A stretch of 56,999 nt of DNA, filler included, from Sphacelaria rigidula (Eukaryota), in NCBI GenBank assembly GCA_964200075.2. It is 8 parts of 8 records of this genome, joined end to end, with 100 filler letters (N's around TTAATTAATTAA, not from the genome) between each part and the next. Parts side by side here need not be neighbours in the genome. Positions count along the whole stretch, not along the records: positions 21,415 to 28,451 come from CAXNAA020016826.1; positions 28,552 to 35,588 come from CAXNAA020016827.1; positions 35,689 to 42,725 come from CAXNAA020016828.1; 5 more parts are not named here. One strand, 5' to 3'. This document shows positions 27,001-39,549 of this stretch, piece by piece (positions within the stretch are counted from its first letter, which is position 1; every line of letters starts with the position of its first letter). Under the pieces are notes generated by a model. That model searched no databases. It worked only from the letters and a program-made list of their open reading frames with translations, and was not told where the DNA came from. Made by a program: the position numbers and the translations under genes.

Positions 27001-27725
27001 ATATTTCCCTCTGTGTATGCGTTATTTCCCGCCGGAGTGTGCAAGTGTGGTTCGGTGCCTCGCTTCCGTAGTGTTTATGGGTGAGAAGTTCCTACTCAAA
27101 ATAACGAGGTCGCAGTAGATGAGCCGCAATCTGTCCCCACGGACTTTTATATATAGTCCAGAGTCATGCTACGATAGGGGGAAGGTGTTCGATCCCACGA
27201 AAAAATGGGCTCATAGGTGCGTCAGATGAACCGACACACTCGCGGTGCGCTTGTACTTGGGTAAAAGCGATGTGAAACAGTATAAATGAGCGTTACAAAC
27301 TGGAAGCAAGCGCGTTCGAACTACCGTCGCTGCTATCAACGACGATTGCAAGTGGAATTTCATGGAAGAAAATGCACCAAAATGCCCCCAACCCAATCGT
27401 GGCATGACTCTCCACGAATGGGTAACGGTGTGGTTTCTGGGCGAGACCCTGTCCACCTATGCCATGTGGCAGAGACCGGCCATTTATTTCCTTTTCTTTC
27501 CTTTTCTTTACGTTTTTGTTTTTCCTTTTTTTTTAATCTCTGATTATTCCTCTTCTCGGTCTACTTTGTTTATCTGCTCTACCCTTTCTGGCCTTTCACT
27601 TTTCTTGGGAGAGTGATTTGGTAATGTTTTGTTTGGGGTACGTCTACTACGTGACCACGGCTGGATTCCTGTGGAATCAGTCACAGTGCAACACCCGATG
27701 AATCGAATGAATCAATCTATGAATC
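24030..27725 (+). mobile_element. Degenerate RTE-like LINE (APE endonuclease + RT + 3' UTR)
   Basis: APE remnants (LINTFF...GYIFTR...ESEHN); RT motifs EQCGFRRQRST, FIDVQK/AYDSV, QGPRQG and FADD; frameshifted; 3' stem-loop motif and AATC-like tail. Confidence 0.92.
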
Positions 27726-28451
27726 GACAACTACACCCAAATGAGGCATAACGACTGCACAGCCATCATCTGATGTTCCAACTTTGTGTCGATAGCATTC
27801 TAATCCCACCCCAATCGGTACATACTAGGCAATAGCGGCAGCATGATAACTCAGGCAATCTCATGCGCAACACAAAGCGTGTTCGTCGGGATCGAACGCA
27901 CCACAGTACAGCGACAACTACAACATAGAAGCGACGGGTATGAAGCACGAAACGCGTTGTGGGTTTCTCAGACGACACAACGCATCCAATACGCCATGGC
28001 GTTTCGGCAGTGTCGGGACTTGTGTACCGACAGGGATACAACAACAATACGGAAACTCACGCAATCCCCAGCGCAGATCAAACAGTCTTCGGTTCAGACG
28101 CACTACACTGTCGTGTCAGCTATAGCACAGGAGTGATGTGTGTGGGTATGAACCACACTTTTCGTTGCGAAATGCATAACATCCGACAAACACATGTGGC
28201 ATTCTCGACCTTGGTAAGACGGCGCTGCATGACAACTGCAATAACAGAACAGCAGCTCAGGCAATGCCAGACCGAGTATGTTTCGCAAGGTGCAAGCATA
28301 GCACAGTACAGAGCAAGGTGGGAACACACCATTGTACAGTGACAGCTGCAGCATATGAGAGGCATGGGTGTGTCCTGCGGTACATATAGTATAACATGAG
28401 AGTCATCCTACGATAGGGGGGGGATATTTTGGGCCATTTGTTGCTCGCAAT

Positions 28452-28551
28452 NNNNNNNNNNNNNNNNNNNNNNNNNNNNNNNNNNNNNNNNNNNNTTAAT
28501 TAATTAANNNNNNNNNNNNNNNNNNNNNNNNNNNNNNNNNNNNNNNNNNNN
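28452..28551. other. Artificial contig linker 4
   Basis: 44 N + TTAATTAATTAA + 44 N. Confidence 0.99.
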
Positions 28552-28619
28552 CGGCCCGCCCCCCCGCCGCCCCCCCCCCGCCCCCCGGGGGGCGGCCCCT
28601 GGCCGGCCGCCCGGGGGGG

Positions 28620-28651
<32 letters not shown>

Positions 28652-29298
28652 CTTTTCGGCCCGCGGCTTTGGCGCACGATGACCAAACCATCACGTGCCA
28701 TTTCACTGGTTAATGGTTACACGAACCATTTCCGAGCTGTGATTGCGCAACAACTACTGTAGCCAATTCGCGACATTTTCTTGTATTCCAAGCCATGATA
28801 ATCCGCAAGGCAGTGTGCTTGGGAGTAAAATAAATACAAAAGGGCGCATGCCTCAAGATTGTTCCGCTCAGAACGTGCACGGCACAAATATTCTTTTCCT
28901 TCGTATCCCCATTCGAACTCATCCTGAGCACAAAAACTTTAGACACAAATAAACCTCTCCTGTTCCAGGCAGGTTCTCTTATTTGTTCACATCACAAAAT
29001 AGTAACTCCTGTGCATACATCAACCGGTACATATCATTCTTCTTTTTCAATTAATCACCTTTCGGCTATATGTCTTTTCCACTCATGTAGCTTATCTCAA
29101 CAATGATATCAGAACTGTATTTCCTGCTGTGTTGACATCTTCCCCGGTCTTTGAGGGTATGCTGTGCGAATCGGCAATCACCCCGTTCCCCCGCCCCCCG
29201 CCCCCCGCCCCCCGTCCCTTTGAAGTAGATTCAGCTTATTGCCAATCACTCATAGTTGAAAGTTACACACCGTGGGCAATATATGGTTTGTCGCGCAG

Positions 29299-29348
29299 GT
29301 ACAGGTCAAGTGCCGGTATCATGTACAATATCCCTGTTGGCACGGAGC
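29299..29348 (+). CDS. Internal exon (YRSSAGIMYNIPVGTE) of an unknown large protein
   Basis: tttgtcgcgcag acceptor and C|gtaagc donor; phase 1 end matches the next exon. Confidence 0.65.
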
Positions 29349-29494
29349 GTAAGCCTCTCGTCAGGTTTCGTCGGTTGTGCTATAGCTTCCGATTTTGGTG
29401 GCACTTAATCGTGCCACATTTGTTCGTCACAAGGTGGACTTCTGTAAAACATTCGCTTCCCAATCCGCTGCGTTTTTTTCTTCCCTCCCTACAG

Positions 29495-32400
29495 CTTGCA
29501 GACGAGATATGACCGCAGACCTGGCGATGGACTGGACGAGCATGGATGTCGCTGATGGCGAAGATGTCTCCTGGAAGAGTCCGTACGACTGGACCTTTCT
29601 GCAAGTGCAGGCAAGGGAGCGGCGTCGCGACAGAGACCGCGAGCGTAGAGGTGGTGGCGGTGAAATGGTCAAGGGGGTTACCCAAGTTGGCGGTATATCT
29701 AGACCGGTGGTGAGCGGCGGCGTCGACAAAGATAGCAGTGGGTGTGTCATTGATAGTTCTTCAACCGCGATCGGGGGGGATGGTGGCCCTTCGGCGGCGG
29801 CGGCGAAGGCGGTGCCAACCCATGTCGTTGGCACGAGAGGAAAGCAAACGGCAGGCCAGAAGAAAAAGAAAGCACGCGGGCGCGAAGTGTCGGAGCGTGC
29901 TGCTGAAGCGGTGGCGGTGATCGCGGTAGCACCTGCAGCAGAAGCAGAGGATGGTACCGAAGATGCCATGGCAGATGAAGCTGGGGCCGGGAACGAGGGG
30001 GCGCCGGCGCCGGCGTCGGCAGCACAGCCGGGAACAGTGACTCCGAAGGCGACGGATGAGTTCGGGGAGGGGATGAGCGCGATGGCACCTAATGTCTGCT
30101 CTGCGGTACCGCGGGAGGATATTGACGCTGCTCAAGCCAAAGGGGGGGACGGGCAAGCGGAAAATGATGGGAGTGAAGCTACTGCGAGGTTGGCGGCGGC
30201 AGCGGCGCCAGGGGCATTTGTAGATGTAATGAAAACAGGAGCATCTCCGACAAAAACGCAACGACCGTCCTTATCCAGCGGCGACGGGGAGACCAATGGC
30301 GGAGGCGACGGCAGCTGCGGCAACTGTACGGCCACCAGTAGCGACAATCGAGCTGCTGTGGGGAGCGGGATGGCTGACAAGAGCAGTAGTGACAACGTCG
30401 CTGGTGGAGACGAGGATAAAACTGGCGGAGAGGGGAAGATAAAGCGATCGCAGACGACGAGCTCGCCTGAGGGAGGCCGCAAGGATCCCTCGTCACTGAC
30501 ACGGCCGGACGCTGCTGCTGCTGCTCATGATGGTGATGATGATGATGATGGTGATGACTCTCCGACGTCCGATTGCGCTATGAAGGCAGGCGTGGCGGAT
30601 GTGAATGCGACGGATGCGAGTACGGATGCGGAGCGACGGAAGGCGGAGGATGGCAAGAAGGACGAGAAGGTATCGACGTCAAAAACATCAGCTTTCACTA
30701 CTCGGGATGATGCAAAACGGTTGAGCTGGTCGTTATTGCAAGCATCGAATGTGTTTCCTGTTGAACGAGATGGAGCAGCAACACCGCCGCATGCTGGACC
30801 GGTGGGCGCAGGGGCGGACCTGGTTGGAGGTATCATCAAAAAGGGTGAAAAGAGATGCAATGGTGTGGCGACTGGGCAACACGATGAGGAGAGGGCGGTG
30901 ATGATGAATCCACTGAGAAACGAGGTCGACCCTGCAGGTACCGTGGTCACTAGCGCCGCCCCTGAAGATATACCGTCTTCCGACTCGACTACGTTTGCCG
31001 CCGCGAGGACAGCCGATACAAGCGCTGCAGCACTTGAGGAAACTGAGTCGGCGAAGAGTGAGACTACTAACAGCGAAGGGCGGAGAACAGCGGATGATGG
31101 GTCGGTGGTCGGTGGCAAGCAGCCTCCAGGAAACATGACTCCAGTGGCCATCACTGAGAGCAAGAGGAGTTCGCCAGATGAGAGAAGCTCTGAAAGTGCA
31201 CACACCAGCTGTCCTTCGAGCGTTAATAGTGCCAGTTCGCCCGAGTGCAATGGTAATGGTGGTAATGATGATGGAGGCGGCGACGTTGATGGTGGCCGTG
31301 GAGTTAGTAATCAGAAATCTCAGGGCAAAACGAAGCCGAAGCTGAAGGTACGGGGCGGTGGAGTCGACGATGTTCCGCCGGCGAGCGTCACGACAGCGAT
31401 CCCCAACACTGCATGGATGGAAATCGACCAGAAGCCTGACAACAACGCGCGATCGTCGCCCCCCTCGTTACCGGGAGAAATACCAGAACAGCCTGTCGTT
31501 ACCTCTGCGACTGCGCGAGAACAGCCAGAGTCTCATTCCGCATTTTCTTCGGAGACAAAAAGCACAAAGGCCGAGCAGCCTGTCGGCAGCAACGATGGCG
31601 ACTCTCGGAAGGCGACCACTGTAGTTCCTTCCTCTTTCTCTTCCTTCTCATCCCCACCGTCACTGTCGTCCTCCCCTACCGGCGATATCGAATTGAAGGG
31701 TACATGGCATGAGCAACGTCCAGCGGACGAAAAGCGGCCGACGGATGAGCATGAATCGGCGGAAGTTTCGCCCTCGCCATCCGGTGCAGAGGCGGGGATG
31801 GCGACGGCAGGGAAGCTCAAACCGCCAGATGTGGCCGAGTCTCTTGTTGCAAGAACACCGGCAGGAGCAGCATCGACGACGACGAGTGTATTGAATACTG
31901 GGAGCAATAAGGATACCGGCGGCAGCGGTGGTGGCAGCAGCGACAGTGCGGAAAGTCTGGTGGACGCAGAGCTGGAGACCCTGGTGACTGCTATCGGAAC
32001 GATGGCCGTATCCGGAGAGAGGGAGAAACGCGAGGATAAAAGCGACAACGGGCACCGTGGCAACGAGAAGTGCAGTCCAGCAAAAGCAGGGACTGAGAAG
32101 GTGTCGGATGTACCCCTGCAGTTGTCGTTGGAGGCCACGGCCGCGGTGGAGGGCGGGGGCACAGCTCCTGCGCTATCGGCAACAGCGACGGGAGTGGATG
32201 CGACAGGCGGCGATGCGACACCAGCACCAATAAGGACAGCACCGGTGACGGACGAGATGATGGAGATTGAGGATGATGCAGCCGATGGCGACGCAGCTGC
32301 TGTCGCCGCCACTGCTGCTGCTATCGCTGCTGCTACTACTGCTGCTGCAGCGGCGGCAAGGTTGGCCGCCGCCCCCGCATCCCCTGCTGAGGCCTCTGCC

Positions 32401-32799
32401 GCCGTTGCCTTTACCTCCTCCAAGTCTGAACAAGCCCCGGAGACTGTCGCAATGAAGGTCGAGACGGGCAGTGAAGAGGCGAAAGTGGGGGAGTCTGGTG
32501 TCGGTGTACCGAAAACTATGATCGACGAAGAACGAGAAGGAGAAGAGAAGGAAGGAGCAAACCAACGATACGAAAAATCGTTCCTTGTTGGTGCGATCGC
32601 CTCCAGGAAAAAAGTGCAAAAACATGAGGATGACTTGGCGAAGCAAGACGGCGGCAAAAACGTAGTGGACGGTGGGTTGATTGGGAGGAAGAGACCGGGC
32701 ACGGCTGGCGGTGGCGGTGATATCGATGTGAAGGGCGAAAAGGTGACCGGAGGAAGTGGTGCTGGCGCTGTGTTGGCGCCACCGCCACAGGACGGCGAG
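29495..32799 (+). CDS. 3305-nt exon encoding a long low-complexity, probably disordered region (A/G/S/T/D/E/K-rich)
   Basis: Open frame of about 1100 codons; ttcttccctccctacag acceptor and GAG|gtgaga donor; basic NLS-like KKKKAR. Confidence 0.85.
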
Positions 32800-33249
32800 G
32801 TGAGAAAATAGATATTCGATGACTCATCACACGAACAGAAGTGTGAAAATACCATGGCCTGATACGTGAGAGTGTGGTTGCTGTGCGAGCTGCTCTTGTC
32901 CTTCTGTGCCTTGCTCGCTCTTGTCCGTTCGTTTAATTGATTGTTCGTTTGGTTTGTTGGTTGCTTGGTTGATCGGTCCGTTGTTCGTTTTCTTTTGTTT
33001 TGTCTTCGCCTGTGGAGCCAAAGTATATTGTTCTCCCTTTCCCCTCTCAGCGTGTGTTGCTGTGTGCCTTACGTACTGGCGTGAAAGTCACGTTTGTTCG
33101 GGTTGAAAGAGAAGACGCAAGCTTTCCTTGCTGGTCGATGCCGTAAGTAGCAGGTGCGAGCAAGGGCGATTAGAAAAGCGCGCGTGGGGGGGCAGGGGGG
33201 GGATGACACAGCATTTCGCGTATTGCAATTTACTCCTCCCCCCCTCTGA

Positions 33250-33340
33250 GGGTGGTAGCGGTGCTCCATCTCGAACGGGGTGCGTGATCACTGGTCAAAC
33301 GACTAAGGCAAGCAACAAGTAAGTACGCCCTCCCTTCCCA
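33250..33340 (+). mobile_element. 3' fragment of the C-tailed LINE family
   Basis: Matches 56515-56600. Confidence 0.75.
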
Positions 33341-33905
33341 TCCTTGGGACAAGTGCGTGGTCTGGAAGGATTATTCTATCATGTTTCCCTCGGTACCACT
33401 CTGACTATTTATTGCGAAACAATCCAGCAGCAATGTCGCAGCCCGCCGACTTCTAGTTCCATTTTTTCTAATATACTACGTACATGTTTTTCATGTCGTA
33501 TGTGTGTCTCGGTTTATTGTATTTTATGTGGTGCTCTGTTTGAAGCAGAACTGCAGCAACACAAACAAACGGGGACTTCCCCAGAAGGGAAAAAAACAAA
33601 ACGCGATTGGAATAAAAATAATAGAAATTTACGAAAAACGAAGTGCCGTTTCCTTTTGTATTACCAACGCATCGACGCCTGCACTTTCGAAAGCATACGA
33701 GGATGCATCAGATTACGGGGAAATTATACGAAATCGACCACAATCTTGTATTTTGTTTGTCTTCTGAAAATGCAGGACTCGGACCAGGCAAATGAGAATT
33801 GTCAGCTACTGAGTCACAAAGGTGGGAGTCTCTACAACGGATAACCCACTGCAAAAACAGAGTATATTCCCTCCCGACCCCCCGACCATTTCGTGTGTGC
33901 AGCAG

Positions 33906-34064
33906 GGATCTGGGTCCCTGATTGGTGTAGCGGAGGAGTCCGTGCTCGATGATTTCGTTCATGAACTGGAAGAGGAAGAAGACGAAGAGGAGGTGGAGCC
34001 GGAGAAGCGATGGGAAATGGAACGCGAGAGCATAGCGATGGCCAACATGTCGGCGATGCTTCAG
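33906..34064 (+). CDS. Internal exon (GSGSLIGVAEESVLDDFVHELEEEEDEEEVEPEKRWEMERESIAMANMSAMLQ)
   Basis: Tandem CAGCAG acceptor and CAG|gtgagc donor; 159 nt, phase 0/0, matching the large exon. Confidence 0.8.
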
Positions 34065-35239
34065 GTGAGCACCACAGGACCACCCCCTATTCCACGCCAC
34101 CCCCAGTAATTGTGGTTTTCGTATTTTTATTAGATACACCATGAAAAACATGGATAAAGACATCATTTAAATCATGTCTACTTCTCATCCTTGGTTGATG
34201 CACTTTTTAATCCTCCTTCCGTCCTCCCGTCCTTTTTTTCTCAGGACAAGTTATCTCCAGGGATTAATTGACCTCTCTCCTTCGATTTCATCGAATTACT
34301 TTGCTAACTCTCGTTCTCAATTTTTCGAACCTCGGAAACCAGATGAAATATATGCCTTTACTGTTGTACTGTCGGGATTCGAATTATAAAAAATTCCACG
34401 TGAATCCGTGGTCGTGCACTAGACACCGCCGCGCTGCAGTTAAATTGTGAAAAACAAATTATTTCGAGTGGGTTTCAAATATTTTCCCTCCGGACATGCG
34501 CTCTTTTGGTCGACCACGTTTTGCTCTGTATCTGTTCACTGTGGTCTCAACAGATCTTGGCACAATCAGAGAGTGCTAACCGTACTCTTGCGTGTGAAAC
34601 GTCGTCACATATGTTGCAATAGTCATGTCCAAGCTGTAGCGTTGCACAGGTTCGAGTTGGAAATCTTTTCCACCCTTTTTTTCAACTGAAATTTGAAATT
34701 TTCGTTTGTCACGAAGTCACTCAGAGGAAATGGAATGTTGGTTGACACTCCCCCCTGAGCATACATACCAGGACCCGTGCGCACGCAAGAACTTGTCCCC
34801 ATTTTCATGTGGGCTTCTTCTCGCTTGGCATGAAACTCCGAATAGCGTGAACCCTGCCAGGGATATCATGGAAGAATTATTCGTTGTGCTGATGTTTTCC
34901 CGGAGCTTGATATATTTGTCTTGGCTGTGGTGAGGCAGTTCTTCGTACAACCCCACCCCCCTCCCCTTGGAGTAGATCGTGTTGGTGTTATTCTCCAGGG
35001 GCCGGATCTTAGGTCTGTCATTTTTTTACGCAATTTGTGTTTCGATATTTGTGCTATGAGTTGGGGTACTTGCTTCTGCCTCAGTAACGTGTACTCTGTA
35101 CTGTGTACATTCAGCAAAACCACAAGAATGCTGCACTCCCTGTGTTGAATGATCCTTGGTTCATATATGGGGGTAACCCTCCGCTGTAGTCTGCAAGATG
35201 TCGAGGCGGGTCGTGTTCACCCCCCTCCTCTGGCGGGAG

Positions 35240-35588
35240 TTAGAACAGTGCTCCGTCTCGAGAGGGATCCGTGGTCAATGGTCAAATTACTAAGACAAGC
35301 AGCAAATGAGTATACCCCCCTCCCCGCTCCCCCTGTGGCAGAGCAATAGAGAGCAGAAGTCATGTAGTGGCAGAATGTGAACGAGACGTGCTAGAGGGGG
35401 AAATGCGGGACGTGAACGAATGTGGTATGGAATCGTTCGATGCATTTAGACAGTAGGGATAAAACGATGGCCGTACTAGGAGATAGATGGTGGCCACAGA
35501 CGGCGATCCAGGACGGGGATAAAAAAATATGTGAACGGTGCTCCGTCTCGAAAGGAATGCGTGGTCAATGGTCAAACGACCAAGGCAA
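35240..35588 (+). mobile_element. Two tandem 3' fragments of the C-tailed LINE family
   Basis: 35240-35333 matches 56505-56600; 35330-35588 matches 56233-56570 with internal deletions. Confidence 0.85.
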
Positions 35589-35688
35589 NNNNNNNNNNNN
35601 NNNNNNNNNNNNNNNNNNNNNNNNNNNNNNNNTTAATTAATTAANNNNNNNNNNNNNNNNNNNNNNNNNNNNNNNNNNNNNNNNNNNN
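35589..35688. other. Artificial contig linker 5
   Basis: 44 N + TTAATTAATTAA + 44 N. Confidence 0.99.
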
Positions 35689-35747
35689 CCCCTACTCAAC
35701 CATCAGAAGGTTACGAGGTTACCAACTGAGACACCGGGGCGACCGGC
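35689..35747 (-). mobile_element. SINE head cut by the contig edge
   Basis: Matches 12062-12120. Confidence 0.8.
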
Positions 35748-36029
35748 TCACGTGTATGACAATCGGGATGTTGCCGTCGGTAATAAAAATGATGAGATCG
35801 TTCCGGCCATATCTCTAGACAGTTGAATCCCACGCTCTTCCACAATTTCACGGTAACCTTGCGTACATATTTCTCCACCGCGGATGCTTGATCAACTCTG
35901 AAACTTTCGGCACAGGTTCAACACTATACCGGCAGCATAAGCTCCAAGTGTCGGCATGGTCAGGTCGCCTGCCTCGATGAGGTGGGTTAACTGGAGTTGG
36001 GCTGCATCCTCTCAATGATTTACAACTAT

Positions 36030-36183
36030 CCTTAAGCCCGAACCTAACCCCAACCCAACGCAAACCAAGACCCCTCGGGCGAGAGCGGTGCATATGGTGC
36101 CCCAGGCAGAGTGAGGCGTTGGTAGATCTCAAACCGGCGCCTATGGCGCCGGTTTCGACAAAAATACGTTGTGCGCATACTAG
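36030..36183 (+). mobile_element. Helitron-like 3' end with hairpin
   Basis: CCTAAC-like tract, perfect hairpin AAACCGGCGCC-TAT-GGCGCCGGTTT, then CTAG; homologous to 47800-47958. Confidence 0.5.
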
Positions 36184-36717
36184 GAGCGCACGGGGGAGTC
36201 AAGCCTCAATAAAGATCCGATTCTCGTTGTTCAGACTTGAATAAAGTAATACAAATTCAAGGGTAGATTGTAGCCCAACTCCGGTTAACTCTGCCGGCCT
36301 TGATGATCACAGTGATTTGTAATTTCCGGGAGTATTGTAGCGTCAAAACGACATGAACACGGCTGTCCTGCAGCTCAAACTTCGCACACCGTGATCGAAC
36401 GAGCATCTCTTCTCGCTCGTGCAGTAGCTATCGGGGTATCGTTCAGGTTGGGCATCTGCTACACTGTCAAACGGAATCCGGGTATCCGCTGGAAAAAAGT
36501 CATATGTACAAACTTCGTGCCCGTATCGTCTGTAGAACCAACTGTCCATGCTCAGAGATCCCACCATACACGAGCTGTCGGGGCCGCAGGTGCTGAAACT
36601 TCGCTCAGGTGCCATTTGAAGCACAACAGACAAACCCTTGTCGGTCGCTGATTCTGGACGTATGTCTTGCAGGAGCGTGGAACGAGGCTAAACGAGGTCA
36701 GATTTTGAAAACAGATG

Positions 36718-36756
<39 letters not shown>

Positions 36757-36817
36757 TCAGTTAAAGTGCGACAATCAATCAATCAATCGATATATACATA
36801 TATTAGTCAGACTGCAC

Positions 36818-37022
36818 CAAGGCCAGGTCGAGTAGAGTATACTCAATTGCGGGGTATTTTGAAAGACGTTCTGGAGGTGCTCAAACTAGGGTAGAGTGTT
36901 AGGAGTCGTACCCAAAAAATGACTGAAAAGCAATCCCCTGCATGCTACCCCAAATTCGTGTACTGCACGTACGACTTTCAAAATACCCCGCAAAAGAGTA
37001 CACTCTTTTCGACCTGCCCTTG
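36818..37022. mobile_element. hAT-type MITE (205 bp) with intact 8-bp TSD
   Basis: About 50-bp TIRs CAAGG...CCTTG; GACTGCAC duplicated at 36810-36817 and 37023-37030. Confidence 0.93.
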
Positions 37023-37478
37023 GACTGCACACTTCCACCCCTCCCCCCCATGCACGCTCGTGCGTCCATCCTGCTCGACCGCCTTATTCTGGTTTTCTTC
37101 GTCTCCACAGCTCAACTCATGCGTCCAGCGCAAACAAGAAGTGAGCATCACTGTCGTGTCAAGCGCATCAGTCAGCTGCCCCGTTGTGTTCAAATCAGCC
37201 CAGCTTCCGCTTTCCTACTAGCAGCAAAGCACGAAATACCGCAAAATGCGGCCTTTAGACTTCTCCGACCCGCGGTCACAAAATCTGTATGTTCCACCCA
37301 CAGGTGCTGGAGGAATCAAAATATTAGTGTCTTCATCATTCCAAGGGCAGGCCGAGTAGAGTATACTCAATTGCGGGGTATTTTGAAAAACGTACTCGAG
37401 GTACCCAAATGAGAGTAGAGTGTTGACAGCCCTTGCACTCTGTGATCACGGGTTCGAGAGATCGAGCTAATGTGATGA

Positions 37479-37497
37479 ATATAATAATAANNNNNNN

Positions 37498-37566
<69 letters not shown>
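37479..37566. repeat. (AAT)n microsatellite containing a small N gap
   Basis: Seen directly. Confidence 0.97.
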
Positions 37567-37567
<1 letters not shown>

Positions 37568-37673
37568 TAAGCTCTACCCAAAAACTAACCGGGGAGTGAT
37601 GCCTAAAACCCTACCCTCAGTTTGTGTAATTAAAGTACGACATTCATAACACCCCGAATTGAGTATACTCTAC

Positions 37674-37860
37674 TTCTTTTTTCTGTCACGACTTAGTCTG
37701 TTATGTCGCTCTGTTCGACCTCCCCTTTTTTTTATGTTTCTTCTTTTTTTCTCAGAGCGTGTTTCAGTGTCGTTTTTCTTGGGTACGTCTATCATGAGAC
37801 CACGGCTGGACCCCTAGGGGATCAGTTCAAGTGCGACAATCAATCAATCAAAATCAAATC
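37674..37860 (+). mobile_element. LINE 3'-UTR fragment with (AATC)n tail
   Basis: GACCACGGCTGGACCCCTAGGGGATCAGTTCAAGTGCGACAATCAATC; flanked by duplicated TCTACT. Confidence 0.85.
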
Positions 37861-38335
37861 TACTCGACCTGCTCTTGCATTCGTACGGGTTGTGAAAATA
37901 TCTCAGCGCGCCCGCGATATCACAGATAATGACACGGTAACCTGCGTAGGACACGAGCACCCCCCCCGTCTTCCCGTCTTCCTCGGCTGCCTCGCTGGTC
38001 GAATACGGAACTTTCCACGCGTCCGACAACTCATGAGCTACCTAAATAATACTTGTTATTAGTTTACTGATCCGGTTCAGGAGCTGTCTGGCTCATTTGG
38101 CCCCTGTTTCCATACTTGCTTTGTACCGCGCTGGACGCCGAGCGCGCAGAACAGAGCAAGGGTGAAAGGTGACGCCTCGGCTTCACTAACCCCGCGGTCT
38201 CGTATTTGGAGTTTTTGGACCAACGGATCTGAGAATTCTCCTGGACTAGTTACTGCGGGTGGTAGCTCATGAGCTGCCACACGTGTGGAACTTTCGGGCT
38301 ATGGCACCCGAGTAACCTCATCACACCCAGGACAG

Positions 38336-38447
38336 TAGATTACATTGTCAAAAAATGTACTGCGTACAGTATAGGATCTTTTGTCTATCGCGCGATAGAC
38401 AAAAGATCCCATACTGTACGCAGTACATTCTTTGACAATGTAATCTA
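38336..38447. repeat. 112-bp near-perfect loopless palindrome
   Basis: 56-bp arms with 2 mismatches, centred on TATCGC|GCGATA. Confidence 0.97.
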
Positions 38448-38454
38448 TTGCACG

Positions 38455-38710
38455 GTTAGGACGAATCATCACGACGAAGAATTACCAAATCCACGATTTC
38501 TTCGGCCTGATTGCCTAAAGGGGAGAAAAAAAGTTTACCGCTGGTCCAAAGGGTTTCCACGCAACTTTTGCGCCATTCCACGTGTCTGAGCTGCGTGTAC
38601 CTGGGTTGCAACGCTGAAAACAAGAGCCTAGGGATTGATTCGTACGAGTCGAATCAATTATACTAAAACCAAGTGATTTCCAGACGAGTCATTGATTTGT
38701 CCGACCCTTG
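38455..38710 (+). mobile_element. MITE family CAAGGGTCGGAC, partial copy
   Basis: Aligns with 18740-18992 and 41113-41490. Confidence 0.8.
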
Positions 38711-39549
38711 ATCTATTGTCCAGGGTGTGAACCTCATACGATAGGGAAGGCCTTGGTTAAACATATGTACCACTTCCGTTCGCTCACATGCACGAGTTAG
38801 GCTGCTGATGAGCAGCAGCCCTCCACGCGTTTTTTGAGGATGATGATGGTGATGCCGACTTCCAATCATTTTGTGATGACGATGATGGTGATCCCGACGA
38901 CGATGACGATGACGATGAAGATTGAGAAGATGAGCTCGAGCCGCTGATGAAGGACCATGGCGGTGACGATATTGCTGATCTTGGAGCGGGTAAAAGAGAC
39001 GACGTGGATAAGCCCCCCTGGACAAATCACAGGGAACGGCGGCGTAGCGTCGATGGTGTATGGATGGAATAGGGGACGGGCATGCACCGGGGCTTGGAGC
39101 AGGGGTGGGGAGCGGAGGAGGCCCATGCCCAATACGGAGATGAAAAAAGGAGCTACCATACCATGACCATTAGGTCACAACAATATTCGTTCCTAACAGT
39201 GTGAACTGAGTGCCGCTGTTTCCTTCCTTGGACAAGACAGAGAAAAGAGACGTGCAGAGCCGCTCATAAAAAGTACAATTCTTCTTCAGAACAATCTTCA
39301 CCTCCGACAGAAGGCAAAGTAAAGATCTGTGTCATCATCCATCACGCCTGGAAACTACTTGCGTACTTGGTATAATCCGGGGCGGAGCGGGAGGAACGAC
39401 GTTTTAATGGATGGATAGATAGATGATCGATCGTCGCAAATTTAGCTGATCCCCGAATAATTCTGTCCTTATCAGCCACACGATGGACCCTACTCAAATG
39501 GAGTCTTGCCGCGGCAGTATGTGTTGTGCGCGTTCTGCGTGTTCTGCGT

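Larger units (their letters stand above)
37342..37877. mobile_element. Second copy of the hAT MITE with two nested retro-insertions
   Basis: Same TIRs; interrupted by an (AAT)n-tailed fragment (about 37430-37566) and a LINE 3' end (37674-37860). Confidence 0.85.

Noticed and set aside
5834..29348. Exon 5834-5919 (phase 2) would splice in frame to exon 29299 (MKR|YRSS), suggesting one gene with a 23-kb intron
   Set aside because: The exons lie on different artificially concatenated pieces; a phase match has about a 1-in-3 chance probability.
29427..32855. Long minus-strand ORFs (180, 241 and 440 aa)
   Set aside because: Antisense shadows of the GC-rich plus-strand exon.
38800..38820. CTGATGAG as a hammerhead ribozyme core
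   Set aside because: The motif sits within a simple GGCTGCTG/CAGCAGCC hairpin with no correctly placed GAAA or three-stem junction.
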